From Verrucomicrobiia bacterium (GTDB lineage: Bacteria > Verrucomicrobiota > Verrucomicrobiia > Palsa-1439), in contig JBEKUF010000001.1 in the NCBI GenBank assembly GCA_049515295.1, positions 3,625 through 67,624 on the forward strand: a stretch of 64,000 nt of DNA. Reading direction: 5' to 3'. Of the stretch, positions 19,400-31,078 are shown piece after piece. The first letter of the stretch is position 1; every line of letters starts with the position of its first letter. The position numbers and the translations under genes are program-made. The notes under the pieces were generated by a model that saw only the letters and a program-made list of their open reading frames with translations, searched no databases and had not been told where the DNA came from.

Positions 19400-21739
19400 T
19401 CACGGCTGGTCGCTCCGACGGCCAGCGTCCGGATCCCAGCGTTCCGTAACCCGGTTGCGGACGGCGTTGGCTTCGGTTGACGGGGGCGGACCCGCCAAAG
19501 CTTCTGCGCTCAAGCCCTCGCTCAAAACATCGTCGTCCGCGGGTCGCTGGGCTTTGACCGGCACCACCATCGAGACGGTCGTGCCCCGGCCCAGCATGCT
19601 GTCAACGTCCAACCGGCCACCGTGCCGCTCGATGATCTTCTTCACAATCGTCAGCCCCAACCCGACCCCGACGTTGCGCGTGGTCACAAACGGCTCGGTC
19701 ACGCGTTTCAGATTTTCCAAGGCGATTCCCTCGCCCGTGTCCTGCCAATCGATCCGCACGGCACCACCTGCGGGTAGCGTTCCGCCCGGAAAATCCGTCG
19801 GCAGTGCATCGACCGTATTGATCGAGAGCCGGCCACCACGGGGCATGGATTGCACGGCATTCCGCAGCACATGCTCAAACGCCTGCATCAAGCGAATCCG
19901 GTCCCCCTCCAACCGCGCAAACTTGTGGGCGAAATTCTTCTTCACGGTCACCACGGGCGCCGGCGCGGGCTCGGGCGCTTTTTCGCCCACGGCCATTACA
20001 TACGCAATTTGTTTTCGGCTGAATTCCTGGGTCGCGTTCTTGACGCACGTGTCGATCAGGTCGCCCAGCACAATCTCCTCATTGACCAACAGCAACGGAT
20101 GCGCGAAGAACGTCAGATTATTCACCAGCACATCGACTCGGTTCACCTCGTTGGCAACGGTGGTGCTGAACTGCTCGCGAAACTCCTTGTCATCGTGCCG
20201 CTCGGGCAGCAATTGCGCGAAGATCTTGATGGACACCAGCGAGTTCTTCAATTCATGAGACAACCGCGCCGCCAGCCGCGTGAAAAACTCCTTATCGGCC
20301 AATTCGCGGGCCCGAGCCTGCTGCAGGCGGACCTGCGAGAGGTCTTCAATGAGCGCGACCGCGATCAATCCTTCTCCACCCGCCACGTGGCTGTCCGCCC
20401 CCATGTCAAACCGCGTGGCGCTGATGCCGAGCGGGCGATGTCCCCGGGGCAGCACCACTTCTCGCTGACGAATATCCCCGCCCGTCTGCAGGACCTCGAA
20501 CACGACGTCCGCGACCCGGCCCGGCAGCCGCCGGATGTCCTGCCCCACCACGGATTTCTCTTCGATGTCGAGCAATTCACACGCGCGGTGATTCACGGTG
20601 AGGATGCGATTGTTCTGCCCGACCACCACCACACCCGTCTGGACATGCGCCAGCACTTCGTTCACAAAGCGTTGCTGGCTGGCCACGCGCTCGCGCAGAC
20701 GAAGATTGCGAATCGCCTGGGCCAACTGCCCCATCAAGTAGTACACCAGCTCCAATTCCTGGTTGGTCAGTGGCTCTCCCGTGATCTTGCCGCTGAAAGT
20801 CAACACGCCCCACAACTGGTCTTCATCGAAAATCGGCACGGCGACATCGGCCCCGAGCGTATCGAATTCGCGGGCCACTTCCGGATCGTAATCCAGCGCC
20901 AGCGAGTCCGTGACTTGGGCCCGCAGCAGGATCCGCGCTTCGCGCGTCAGATAACTGACAATGCCGGAGTCGGCGCTCAACCGGAAGTGCTCCACCAGGT
21001 GCAGCGCCAGACCGGTGCTGCGAGCGACCACAAATTGTTCACCGCCAGCCGTGGGAGGTCCGGCAAACAGGTCGCTCGGCACCCGTCGGGTGAAAATCGC
21101 TGCCTTGCCGATGCCGAGCAACTCGCGGACGAGACGCAGGAACTCGGACACCAACTCGCCTTCGCTGACATACTGGCTCAGGATTCGCGACAAATCCTTC
21201 AGGGCACCGCGGTACCGGTATGCGTCAAACGCCGGAGCGAGCGACGGCAGGTGGGTCGGAGCCGCCACGGGGCGTGACTGCGAGGCGACCGCCGGCACTG
21301 GAGCTGCGGCCTGTCGCTGACGCGCGATCACGGCATCTGCCCGCTTTAGCTTCGACTGGGCGTCGCGCAATTCGAAAAACGTGCCCAGCGCCTGCTTCAA
21401 ACGGTCAGCAGAATCCACGTCGGAAACGACGAGCCAGTCTTCGGGAACGGAATACAGGGTTTGTTGGGCCGCCGTGGCCCGCATAACAACAGCCTGGTTT
21501 TCCTCTAGGCGCGAGGATGCCAGTGACTCCATCGCCCATCGCGTGGTTTCTCCCAATGAGACAGCGTCCAGGATCACGGCATCCACCAATCGCAACCAAG
21601 TGGAAAACAGGCCGTCGAATCGTTGTCGAGACGGTTCGGACGGCAACGGCAACAAGACGATGTTCGTTTTCTCACCGAGAATGTCCGTGAGAAGTCGCTG
21701 TGTCTCGGCCGAATTGGTCAGTAACAATGCTGTCTTCAT
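19400..21739 (-). CDS. soluble multidomain sensor histidine kinase (receiver-like N-domain, GAF, PAS, HisKA, HATPase)
   Basis: No TM segments. H-box LSHELKNSLVSIKIFAQLLPERHDDKEFREQF. C-terminal HATPase (GVGLGLTIV). Start codon overlaps the upstream ketosynthase stop (ATGA). Confidence 0.8.
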   Translation of the reverse strand: MKTALLLTNSAETQRLLTDILGEKTNIVLLPLPSEPSRQRFDGLFSTWLRLVDAVILDAVSLGETTRWAMESLASSRLEENQAVVMRATAAQQTLYSVPEDWLVVSDVDSADRLKQALGTFFELRDAQSKLKRADAVIARQRQAAAPVPAVASQSRPVAAPTHLPSLAPAFDAYRYRGALKDLSRILSQYVSEGELVSEFLRLVRELLGIGKAAIFTRRVPSDLFAGPPTAGGEQFVVARSTGLALHLVEHFRLSADSGIVSYLTREARILLRAQVTDSLALDYDPEVAREFDTLGADVAVPIFDEDQLWGVLTFSGKITGEPLTNQELELVYYLMGQLAQAIRNLRLRERVASQQRFVNEVLAHVQTGVVVVGQNNRILTVNHRACELLDIEEKSVVGQDIRRLPGRVADVVFEVLQTGGDIRQREVVLPRGHRPLGISATRFDMGADSHVAGGEGLIAVALIEDLSQVRLQQARARELADKEFFTRLAARLSHELKNSLVSIKIFAQLLPERHDDKEFREQFSTTVANEVNRVDVLVNNLTFFAHPLLLVNEEIVLGDLIDTCVKNATQEFSRKQIAYVMAVGEKAPEPAPAPVVTVKKNFAHKFARLEGDRIRLMQAFEHVLRNAVQSMPRGGRLSINTVDALPTDFPGGTLPAGGAVRIDWQDTGEGIALENLKRVTEPFVTTRNVGVGLGLTIVKKIIERHGGRLDVDSMLGRGTTVSMVVPVKAQRPADDDVLSEGLSAEALAGPPPSTEANAVRNRVTERWDPDAGRRSDQP

Positions 21740-23025
21740 AGGCCGCCAGCTTCGCCCCCGCCATTTCGTACGTTGGTCTGACCGTTTCGATATCGTTCGA
21801 CCACCAGGGTGGTGTTGCGCCCCCCGAACCCCAGCGAGTTGCTCACCGCGATGTCGACACGGCGGTGACGCGCCACGTTCGGGACAAAATCCAAATCACA
21901 TTCGGGATCGGGGAATTCGTAATTGATGGTCGGCGGGATAACATTGTCGCGGATGGCCAGGCAACAAGCTCCCAGCTCCACGGCGCCGCATGCGCCTTGC
22001 ATGTGCCCCAGTGCCGCCTTGATCGAGCTGATGGGCAGATCGTATGCCCGGTCTCCAAAAGCTTTCTTTATGACGGTGGTTTCCGCGCGATCCCCCAATG
22101 GCGTTGACGTGCCGTGGGCATTCAGGTAGTCCACCTGCTCCGGCCGCACGCCGGCCCGCGCCAGGGCTGTTCGCACGCAACGCACGGCCTGCGTCCCCTC
22201 GGGGTCGGGCTGACACATGTGGTAGGCGTCGCACGTGGACGCCCACCCAGTCAATTCCCCATGGATGCGGGCCTTGCGTTGCAACGCATGTTCCAACTCC
22301 TCGACCACTAGGACACCCGCGCCTTCGGACATGACGAATCCATCGCGCTTTTGGTCGAATGGCCGTGACGCGTGTGCCGGTTCATCATTTCGCGAGGACA
22401 TCGCGTGGCTGGTGCCGACCGCCGCCACAACGATCGGGTGAACCGGCGCTTCCGCCCCGCCAGCCAACATGACGTCCACATCACCAGCCACAATCATGTC
22501 GGCAGCCTGTGCAATGGCCGCACTGGCGCAGTCGCAACCGGTGGCAATCGTGAAACTGGGGGCGTGCAATCCAAAGTGCAGTGAAACCTGTCCACCACAC
22601 GACCCCGTGAACACGGCGATGCTGGTGTAGGCGCTCATGGCATCGAAGCCCCGCGTCTTAAACGTATCGTACTCCTGGCAGGCGAATCCCCAGCCCGCGT
22701 ACGCCGTACCCAGCGCCAAACCGATACGTTCGCGCGCCTCTTTCTCAAGTTTCAACCCGGCATCCGTAATCGCGATGTACGACGCCACAAGACCAAAGTG
22801 GGCAAAGCGATCCATGCGCCGCACGTCCTTGCGACTGATCCAATCCTCGGGACGAAAATCGCGCACCTCACCGGCAACTTTCCACGGGCAGTCGGAGTTC
22901 ATCAATGCGGGAGAAAGAGCCACGCCGGACTTTCCCGCGAGAATATTCGACCAAAACGGCTCGGTGCCAATCCCCAACGGCGTCAGCAATCCAATTCCCG
23001 TAATGACAACTCGACGTCTCTTCAT
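21736..23025 (-). CDS. free-standing beta-ketoacyl synthase (FabF-like, KAS II family)
   Basis: VVITGIGLLTPLG N-terminus, active-site Cys region (TIATGCDCASAA), His-His pair (YLNAHGTSTPLGD, ALGHMQGACG), C-terminal SNSLGFGGRNT. Start refined to 23023-23025. Confidence 0.8.
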   Translation of the reverse strand: MKRRRVVITGIGLLTPLGIGTEPFWSNILAGKSGVALSPALMNSDCPWKVAGEVRDFRPEDWISRKDVRRMDRFAHFGLVASYIAITDAGLKLEKEARERIGLALGTAYAGWGFACQEYDTFKTRGFDAMSAYTSIAVFTGSCGGQVSLHFGLHAPSFTIATGCDCASAAIAQAADMIVAGDVDVMLAGGAEAPVHPIVVAAVGTSHAMSSRNDEPAHASRPFDQKRDGFVMSEGAGVLVVEELEHALQRKARIHGELTGWASTCDAYHMCQPDPEGTQAVRCVRTALARAGVRPEQVDYLNAHGTSTPLGDRAETTVIKKAFGDRAYDLPISSIKAALGHMQGACGAVELGACCLAIRDNVIPPTINYEFPDPECDLDFVPNVARHRRVDIAVSNSLGFGGRNTTLVVERYRNGQTNVRNGGGEAGGL

Positions 23026-23192
23026 CAATAACACCTGTAGTACACGTAGACGAGGGACAAAATCGTCCGCCCGCGTCAGCGCGTACGACGCGTGCCTCCT
23101 CCAAACAGGTTCCCCACACCACAGATTATACAAGGATTGCCCATAGTGTAAAGCACTTATTTGATCGGTTGGACAATTTTGTCCGGCAGGCC

Positions 23193-25304
23193 CTACTTGA
23201 CGGGGAGATTGATCTGGAAAGTTGTTCCCTTGCCCTCGACACTCGAAACGGTGATGGTCCCGCCGTGGTCGCGGACGATCTTTTGTGAAATGGACAGCCC
23301 CAGACCCGTACCCTCCTTCTTCGTGGTGAAAAACGGGTCGAATAGGCGACCTCGAACCGCAGCGGGAATGCCGGGGCCGTTGTCTGATACCTCGATAACA
23401 GCGGAGTTTCGGCTCCCGTTGCCGCTGGCGCTGATGTCCAGTTGTGTCACCCCCGTTGCCACCCGGACCTTGCCTCGCTCCTGAAGCGCATCGGCAGCGT
23501 TGCCCAGCAAATTGACCAGCACTTGCAGGATCTGGTGCTTGTCTACCTTGATGGTTGGATTCCCGTGAAACGCCCGGGTCAATTCGATGCGCTTGGCCTT
23601 CAGGCGCGGCTGCACCAAAAGAATCGCCTCTTCGACAAGGTCATTGGCGGGCTGTTCCTGGATGTTCACCTGAGCCGGCCGCGCAAAGGCCAGCATGCTC
23701 TCGATTACCTTCGTAATCCGGTCCACGTCCTTCAGCACGAGTTTGCCGAATTCATTTCGGAACTCCGGGTCGTCGACGCGCTCGGGCATCAACTGCGCGA
23801 ACGTCTTGATGGACGCCAATGGATTACGTATCTCATGCGCGACACCGGCGGCGATCGTTCCCAACTCGACCAGGCGGTTTTTGCGGAGCGCTTCGTCTTC
23901 GATGCGGCGGTATTTCACCGCCAGTGCGACTTCAGTGGCAAGCGTTTCCAGAACACGCAAGTCACTGGCGAAAAACATGTCGCGGTTCAGTTTCTCGCCG
24001 AGACCAATGAGCCCCACCAACCGGCCGTCGAGGATCATCGGCACGCACAAGGCAACCTTGAGCAGGCTCATCTCCTCCTCCAACAGTTGTCGCACTCGCG
24101 GGGGCTCGCGCCGCATCATTTCATCGCGCACGAGTTCATCTTGCTTGTCCTGCAGCCATTTCATGATGGCCGCGTCTTCATGCAGAACGAGCGCGTCCAC
24201 ATCATCCTGGGGTCCCAGGCCACTTTCCGCCTGCAATCGGAGGTCTCCCGACAGCGCATCCTGCACCAGCACCAGCACCCGCGACACCTGCATCTGGGAA
24301 TGCAAAGTGGTCGCGACCGTCGCGAGCACCTGGTCAATCGTCGGCAATGTGCTCAATTCCCTGACCAACCCGGAAAGGGCGTCCTGATAGCCGTAACGCG
24401 TTCCGAACATCCGTTCCTGCATCATCCGTTCCGCGCGTGGCAGCAGTTTGGGCAGACTGATCGTCAGGCCCATGCCGATGGCCATGGCCATCGTAAACGA
24501 AAATATCAGCTGTGCCTCGTTCATGAATTGAGGCGCAATCAGGGTCACGCCCCCGATGAAGATCAGGCTGACAACGGCGGTCACAATCATGGTGACCAAG
24601 TAGAGGAACACCCGCGCGATGACCACGTTGTAGTCCGCCAACCGCGCCTTGTTCATGACCCGCACGAGGAAAATGAGGTTCAGCGGCAGAACGAAAAAGC
24701 CAAACGGCGGAATATTGACGTTGTACTCCAGCGGAAAGATGACCGAACTTGTCGTCAAGAACAGGATCAACCAGGCGCCAAGGAAATACATCAATTGCGA
24801 CCGGCGATACCCGACTTGCTGTTGGGCATTGCGCCAAACCAATGCCGCGCCCACAAATTGGGTGCTACAGAGATAGGCCATCAGCCATGGATAAAACGTC
24901 CGGTTGTAGTGGACGTAATGGTGCATGAACGGACAGGCGCGCAACCCGACAATCAGCTCTCCTCGCACCAGCAGAATCAGCAACAACGCTGCACTCCCAT
25001 AGGCGGCCAGGATTAGCCATTTCATTCGCCGCAGCCGGTCCGCCAGGGCACAGAGTGTGTGAAACCAGGCCGCATGCGCTGAAATGGAGAACGTCAATGT
25101 CAAGTAGGCGGCGAGCAACGCGTGGTCTCGCGACAATGGGTAGTAATAAAACGAAAACCCTGCAGTCCAGGCACCCATCACCCCCAAAGTCAGGCCGAAC
25201 AGCGGTCCCAAAGTTATGTAGCGATTTCGCCATGCCACAGCCGCCGCGGCCACGAAGCAGACCGCGGCGTTGACCCACACCACAAAAAAAATCAACGTCG
25301 TCAT
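23193..25304 (-). CDS. membrane sensor histidine kinase (N-terminal multi-pass 7TM-type domain, GAF, HisKA, HATPase)
   Basis: About 300 aa of 8-10 TM helices with no periplasmic domain, then GAF-like, then H-box VAHEIRNPLASIKTFAQLMPERVDDPEFRNEF, paralogous to the 19400 kinase. HATPase GTGLGLSIS. Confidence 0.8.
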   Translation of the reverse strand: MTTLIFFVVWVNAAVCFVAAAAVAWRNRYITLGPLFGLTLGVMGAWTAGFSFYYYPLSRDHALLAAYLTLTFSISAHAAWFHTLCALADRLRRMKWLILAAYGSAALLLILLVRGELIVGLRACPFMHHYVHYNRTFYPWLMAYLCSTQFVGAALVWRNAQQQVGYRRSQLMYFLGAWLILFLTTSSVIFPLEYNVNIPPFGFFVLPLNLIFLVRVMNKARLADYNVVIARVFLYLVTMIVTAVVSLIFIGGVTLIAPQFMNEAQLIFSFTMAMAIGMGLTISLPKLLPRAERMMQERMFGTRYGYQDALSGLVRELSTLPTIDQVLATVATTLHSQMQVSRVLVLVQDALSGDLRLQAESGLGPQDDVDALVLHEDAAIMKWLQDKQDELVRDEMMRREPPRVRQLLEEEMSLLKVALCVPMILDGRLVGLIGLGEKLNRDMFFASDLRVLETLATEVALAVKYRRIEDEALRKNRLVELGTIAAGVAHEIRNPLASIKTFAQLMPERVDDPEFRNEFGKLVLKDVDRITKVIESMLAFARPAQVNIQEQPANDLVEEAILLVQPRLKAKRIELTRAFHGNPTIKVDKHQILQVLVNLLGNAADALQERGKVRVATGVTQLDISASGNGSRNSAVIEVSDNGPGIPAAVRGRLFDPFFTTKKEGTGLGLSISQKIVRDHGGTITVSSVEGKGTTFQINLPVK

Positions 25305-25354
25305 ACCGCTACTCGATCGCGCCGCTTCGCCTGTGCACGAGCATTCTCCGTGGG

Positions 25355-25933
25355 CTAATGGTCCACAGTCCCCAGTCGCCGCAAGGGTAGGAACGCACAC
25401 ACGTGTCGGCGGTACTCTTCATATTCCGTCCCAAACTTCGCGATCATCTCCCGTTCCTCCCGCCGCCAACGAGCCAGCAGTAGCGGGATATACACTCCCA
25501 CCGATAGCACCATTGTCCACCAGGCATTTCCCACCAGCGGAATCGAAATCACCTCCAGCATAATGGCCGAATAGGCCGGGTGACGCATGTACCGGTAAAC
25601 TCCTTCACGAATCAACTGATGATCCCCCCGAATTTCCAGATTCAGACTCCAATACCGTCCCAAAGTCCGGATCGCCACGAGCCGAAGTGCCAATGATCCC
25701 GCAAACATGACCAGCCCAAGGATGACCAGCGGGATATTTACTGGCCGTCGCAGAAGGAAATACTCCAGACCGGTTGCCAAATAGATCAGCGAGTGCAGGA
25801 TGTGAAACGCCACATACGACCACAGCATCTTCACCTCGCCACGCTTGGCTTGGACGCTGAAACGGCGCTCATACAAGCGTTCGGCAACGGCGAAGACCAG
25901 AAAACCGAATAGAAACCAACCGAATTTCCCCAC
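25355..25933 (-). CDS. isoprenylcysteine carboxyl methyltransferase (ICMT)/phospholipid-methyltransferase family membrane protein
   Basis: Five-TM, 192 aa. C-terminal signature …YRYMRHPAY…E…EE… matches PF04140/PF04191. Probable GTG start. Confidence 0.65.
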   Translation of the reverse strand: MGKFGWFLFGFLVFAVAERLYERRFSVQAKRGEVKMLWSYVAFHILHSLIYLATGLEYFLLRRPVNIPLVILGLVMFAGSLALRLVAIRTLGRYWSLNLEIRGDHQLIREGVYRYMRHPAYSAIMLEVISIPLVGNAWWTMVLSVGVYIPLLLARWRREEREMIAKFGTEYEEYRRHVCAFLPLRRLGTVDH

Positions 25934-26003
25934 GAAGTCATTGTAACGGTTGTCTCCAGTCCGTCAAAGACTTAATTCCGCGGCGCGCCGATTGGCGAAA
26001 TAG

Positions 26004-28484
<2,481 letters not shown>

Positions 28485-28504
28485 TCTGCTAACGGGAACC
28501 GGCT

Positions 28505-28864
28505 ATGAAACTCACCATCCAAGCACTTAGCAGTTCGGGCGGAAACCACCCTGTCGATTTCACAGACGAATCTGGTGTTCTCCAAGTGTTCTGCCATTGT
28601 CAAGCTGGCGTATTACAGCAGATGTGCAAGCACAAACTTGCTCTTCTCAGGGGCGATTCCAAGATGCTCTATGACCTAAAGCAAACGAAACTGCTTCAAG
28701 AAGTTCTTTCTTCGAAGGCATACCCTGCGTTGAAGACCAGACTCGATGAGTATGAACTGGAGCTTGCCGAAACGGAAAGGGAGATGGCCAAACTCAAAGA
28801 GCGTGAGAAAAACCTGAAGACCGGGTTCGCATACGAGCTGACACATGGCCGAAGACCGCGGTAG
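28505..28864 (+). CDS. SWIM-type zinc-finger small protein (hypothetical)
   Basis: CHCQAGVLQQMCKH fits the SWIM CxCxnCxH signature, followed by a coiled-coil tail. Low GC. Starts 21 nt after ligA. Confidence 0.5.
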   Translation: MKLTIQALSSSGGNHPVDFTDESGVLQVFCHCQAGVLQQMCKHKLALLRGDSKMLYDLKQTKLLQEVLSSKAYPALKTRLDEYELELAETEREMAKLKEREKNLKTGFAYELTHGRRPR

Positions 28865-28911
28865 CCACAAATCCATGGCAATCCGTGTGAATCTGTGGCT
28901 AAAATTACGTT

Positions 28912-29460
28912 ATGTCAGACTGGCGATTGACTCCGCAAAATTCGGCGCTCGTGGTCATCGACGTGCAGGAGAAGCTGATGAACGCCATGCCCCGACGAGC
29001 GGAGCTTGTCGGGGCGATCCAGAAACTCATCGGTGTGGCGCGTGTGCTGAAGCTACCGACTTTGGTGACCGCGCAATACATCAAAGGGCTCGGCCCGGTC
29101 TGTACCGAGATCGTCGAGGCGACGCCGGGTATCACACCGATGGAAAAGATGGCGTTCTCCTGCTGCGGTTCCGAGGAATTCCTGCGCGCGGTGAAAGACC
29201 TGCGGCGTCAGCGAATCATTCTCTGTGGAATCGAGGCGCACGTCTGCGTCCAGCAAACCGCCATCGATCTGATGAAGGATTATTTCGTATACGTCGCCGC
29301 CGACGCGATCGGCTCGCGGGATCGACATGATCACAAGGTCGCCGTCGAGCGGATGCGCGATTGCGGCGCGGTCATCACCACCGTCGAGTCCGTCGTCTTT
29401 GAACTTCTCCGCGAAGCCGGCACGGAGGCATTCAAACAAATCCTGCCGCTCTTCAAGTAG
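28912..29460 (+). CDS. isochorismatase-family cysteine hydrolase
   Basis: …ALVVIDVQEK… and catalytic Cys region (…RIILCGIEAHVCVQQTAIDL…) typical of the YcaC/isochorismatase fold. Confidence 0.75.
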   Translation: MSDWRLTPQNSALVVIDVQEKLMNAMPRRAELVGAIQKLIGVARVLKLPTLVTAQYIKGLGPVCTEIVEATPGITPMEKMAFSCCGSEEFLRAVKDLRRQRIILCGIEAHVCVQQTAIDLMKDYFVYVAADAIGSRDRHDHKVAVERMRDCGAVITTVESVVFELLREAGTEAFKQILPLFK

Positions 29461-29464
29461 TACG

Positions 29465-29698
29465 TCAATGATGGTGCCGGCCGCCGACGCAACCACAGCC
29501 GCCGGGACGCCCGCAGGCGCGGGGCGTCGGCGCGGAGGCTGTCGAAGCACCACCCTGTGCGGCAAAGACAGAAAGTTTCTTCGTCAGCTTCTTCGAGCCG
29601 CAATGCGGACAGGCAACAGTGCCTTCCCAGTTGGCGGAACGCACGAGCGACTCGAAATCCTTTTCGCACTTGCTGCAGACAAATTCGTAGAGCGGCAT
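29465..29698 (-). CDS. FmdB-family zinc-ribbon regulatory protein
   Basis: MPLYEFVCSKCEKDFE…VACPHCGS is the CxxC…CxxC FmdB/Zn-ribbon pattern. AGGAGA RBS. The tool ORF is extended upstream; coordinates ±1 nt. Confidence 0.65.
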   Translation of the reverse strand: MPLYEFVCSKCEKDFESLVRSANWEGTVACPHCGSKKLTKKLSVFAAQGGASTASAPTPRACGRPGGCGCVGGRHHH

Positions 29699-29714
29699 AC
29701 GGTTTCTCCTCAAT

Positions 29715-30155
29715 CTACTGCGGCGTGGCATCCAACAATTGCTGCATCTCCGGGCTGGATTGTTTGCGCGGGGCCTGTACCGACCGAACGTGGGCCTGCG
29801 TGACATTCTCACGACAGGGGATGCCGAGGATGCGCTGGACGTAATCCACCTTGATGGTCACGAGTTTGTTGACAAAATCCACACCGATCTTCTTGCCGAC
29901 CAGATTCTGAGCGACGCTGCGTTGTTCCGTGTCCTCGTAGGTAATATGAATGTCGTTGGTTGTGATATCGATCCCCAGGCTCTTCGCGTCGGCAACGACA
30001 TTCTGCTTCACGGTGTCCATCGAATTCTCGTCGACAGAATCGAGCTGACGAGCCACGCGGTCGTTGAAGTCGATGTTCGTCTTGAAGATCTCCATCCACT
30101 GGACGATCCCGTACCCGATCAGCACAACGACCACGGCGATGATGATGCCCTTCAT
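29715..30155 (-). CDS. membrane-anchored hypothetical protein
   Basis: N-terminal TM helix (IIIAVVVVLIGYGIV), then a soluble 120-aa domain. Start overlaps the rnhC stop by 4 nt. Confidence 0.45.
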   Translation of the reverse strand: MKGIIIAVVVVLIGYGIVQWMEIFKTNIDFNDRVARQLDSVDENSMDTVKQNVVADAKSLGIDITTNDIHITYEDTEQRSVAQNLVGKKIGVDFVNKLVTIKVDYVQRILGIPCRENVTQAHVRSVQAPRKQSSPEMQQLLDATPQ

Positions 30156-31078
30156 TTCGGCGCTCCTTCCAACACTTTCTGTGACGTGCGAAAATGCATC
30201 TTGGCCACCTTGCCCAGCGCATCGCGTCCGTGTTTCGCTACCAGTTGCACCGCCGCTTCCTCCACGGCCGTGGACGCGCCCTTGGGCAATTCCACGCCAT
30301 ATTCCTTGCCCAACCGCCGCAGTTTCATCACAAATTCGTCCCGCGCGATGATCGACGCCGCCGCCACCGCCAGATCGCTCTCGGCCTTGTGCCGTTGCAC
30401 GAGTTGAATCTTCCGTCCGCGCTTCATCAACGCCTGCTCGATAATCCGCTTGTTGCCGAACTGGTCGGAGATGGCCTTGGGACTGTCCACCCGCTCCAGC
30501 AGGTTTTCAATCACCCGCGCGTGGCCCCAACCCAGCATCTCGTTCACGTTCTTCATCCTCGCGTGCAACTCATTGTACTTCTCCGGCCCGATGGCGACAA
30601 CATTGGTCAAGCAGCCTTCGGTCAGGCGAATCTGCTTCGCAATCTCGGCGATTCGCGCGTCGCTCTTGATGAGTTTACTGTCCCGCACCCCGATTTCCAT
30701 CATGTTCTGCGCCGCCGCTTCGTCGACAAACACGCCGGCGATCACCAGCGGCCCAAAAAAATCGCCCTTGCCGCTTTCGTCCACGCCGATGCGCGGCTCC
30801 AGCATCGTCGGATCCAGGATGTGTTCGTAACCGAGCTTCGCTTCGCCCAGCAGTTGCGGTTCGAGGTAGAACTGCACGAAATCGGTCGTCCCCTTCCCCT
30901 GCACGACCAGCTTGCCGCTGGTGTACATGGCGACGCTGACCTTTTCGCCACGGTGTTCGGCCCCAAAGTATGCGTACGGCACATCCCGAAACATGAACCC
31001 GCGCGCTTCCAGGTCCCGTTTCAACTGCGGAATCTTGCCAGCATCCAGCTGGCATGTGTAAGATGTGCGCTCGGCCAT
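30152..31078 (-). CDS. rnhC: ribonuclease HIII
   Basis: N-terminal TBP-like domain followed by an RNase HII-fold carrying DESGKGD. About 308 aa. Start refined to 31076-31078. Confidence 0.7.
   Translation of the reverse strand: MAERTSYTCQLDAGKIPQLKRDLEARGFMFRDVPYAYFGAEHRGEKVSVAMYTSGKLVVQGKGTTDFVQFYLEPQLLGEAKLGYEHILDPTMLEPRIGVDESGKGDFFGPLVIAGVFVDEAAAQNMMEIGVRDSKLIKSDARIAEIAKQIRLTEGCLTNVVAIGPEKYNELHARMKNVNEMLGWGHARVIENLLERVDSPKAISDQFGNKRIIEQALMKRGRKIQLVQRHKAESDLAVAAASIIARDEFVMKLRRLGKEYGVELPKGASTAVEEAAVQLVAKHGRDALGKVAKMHFRTSQKVLEGAPK

Noticed and set aside
17837-25304. Interpreting the 7TM kinase plus NtrC regulator as the PEP-CTERM PrsK/PrsR pair.
   Set aside because: Kept only as an alternative in the first finding. 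As I recall the PrsK family description, it specifies a single-TM kinase with a novel N-terminal domain, unlike the multi-pass kinase here. The regulator is also separated from that kinase by two other genes. Cannot be decided without HMM scores.
29465-29812. Full 115-aa tool ORF for the FmdB-like gene, and similar N-terminal extensions of tool ORFs (for example 7310-8992, 11357-12193, 12200-13498, 16378-17793, 21736-23133, 23193-25400).
   Set aside because: The extensions are Arg-rich, lack homology, and precede clear RBS+ATG+signal-peptide or conserved N-termini. Features were trimmed to the internal starts.
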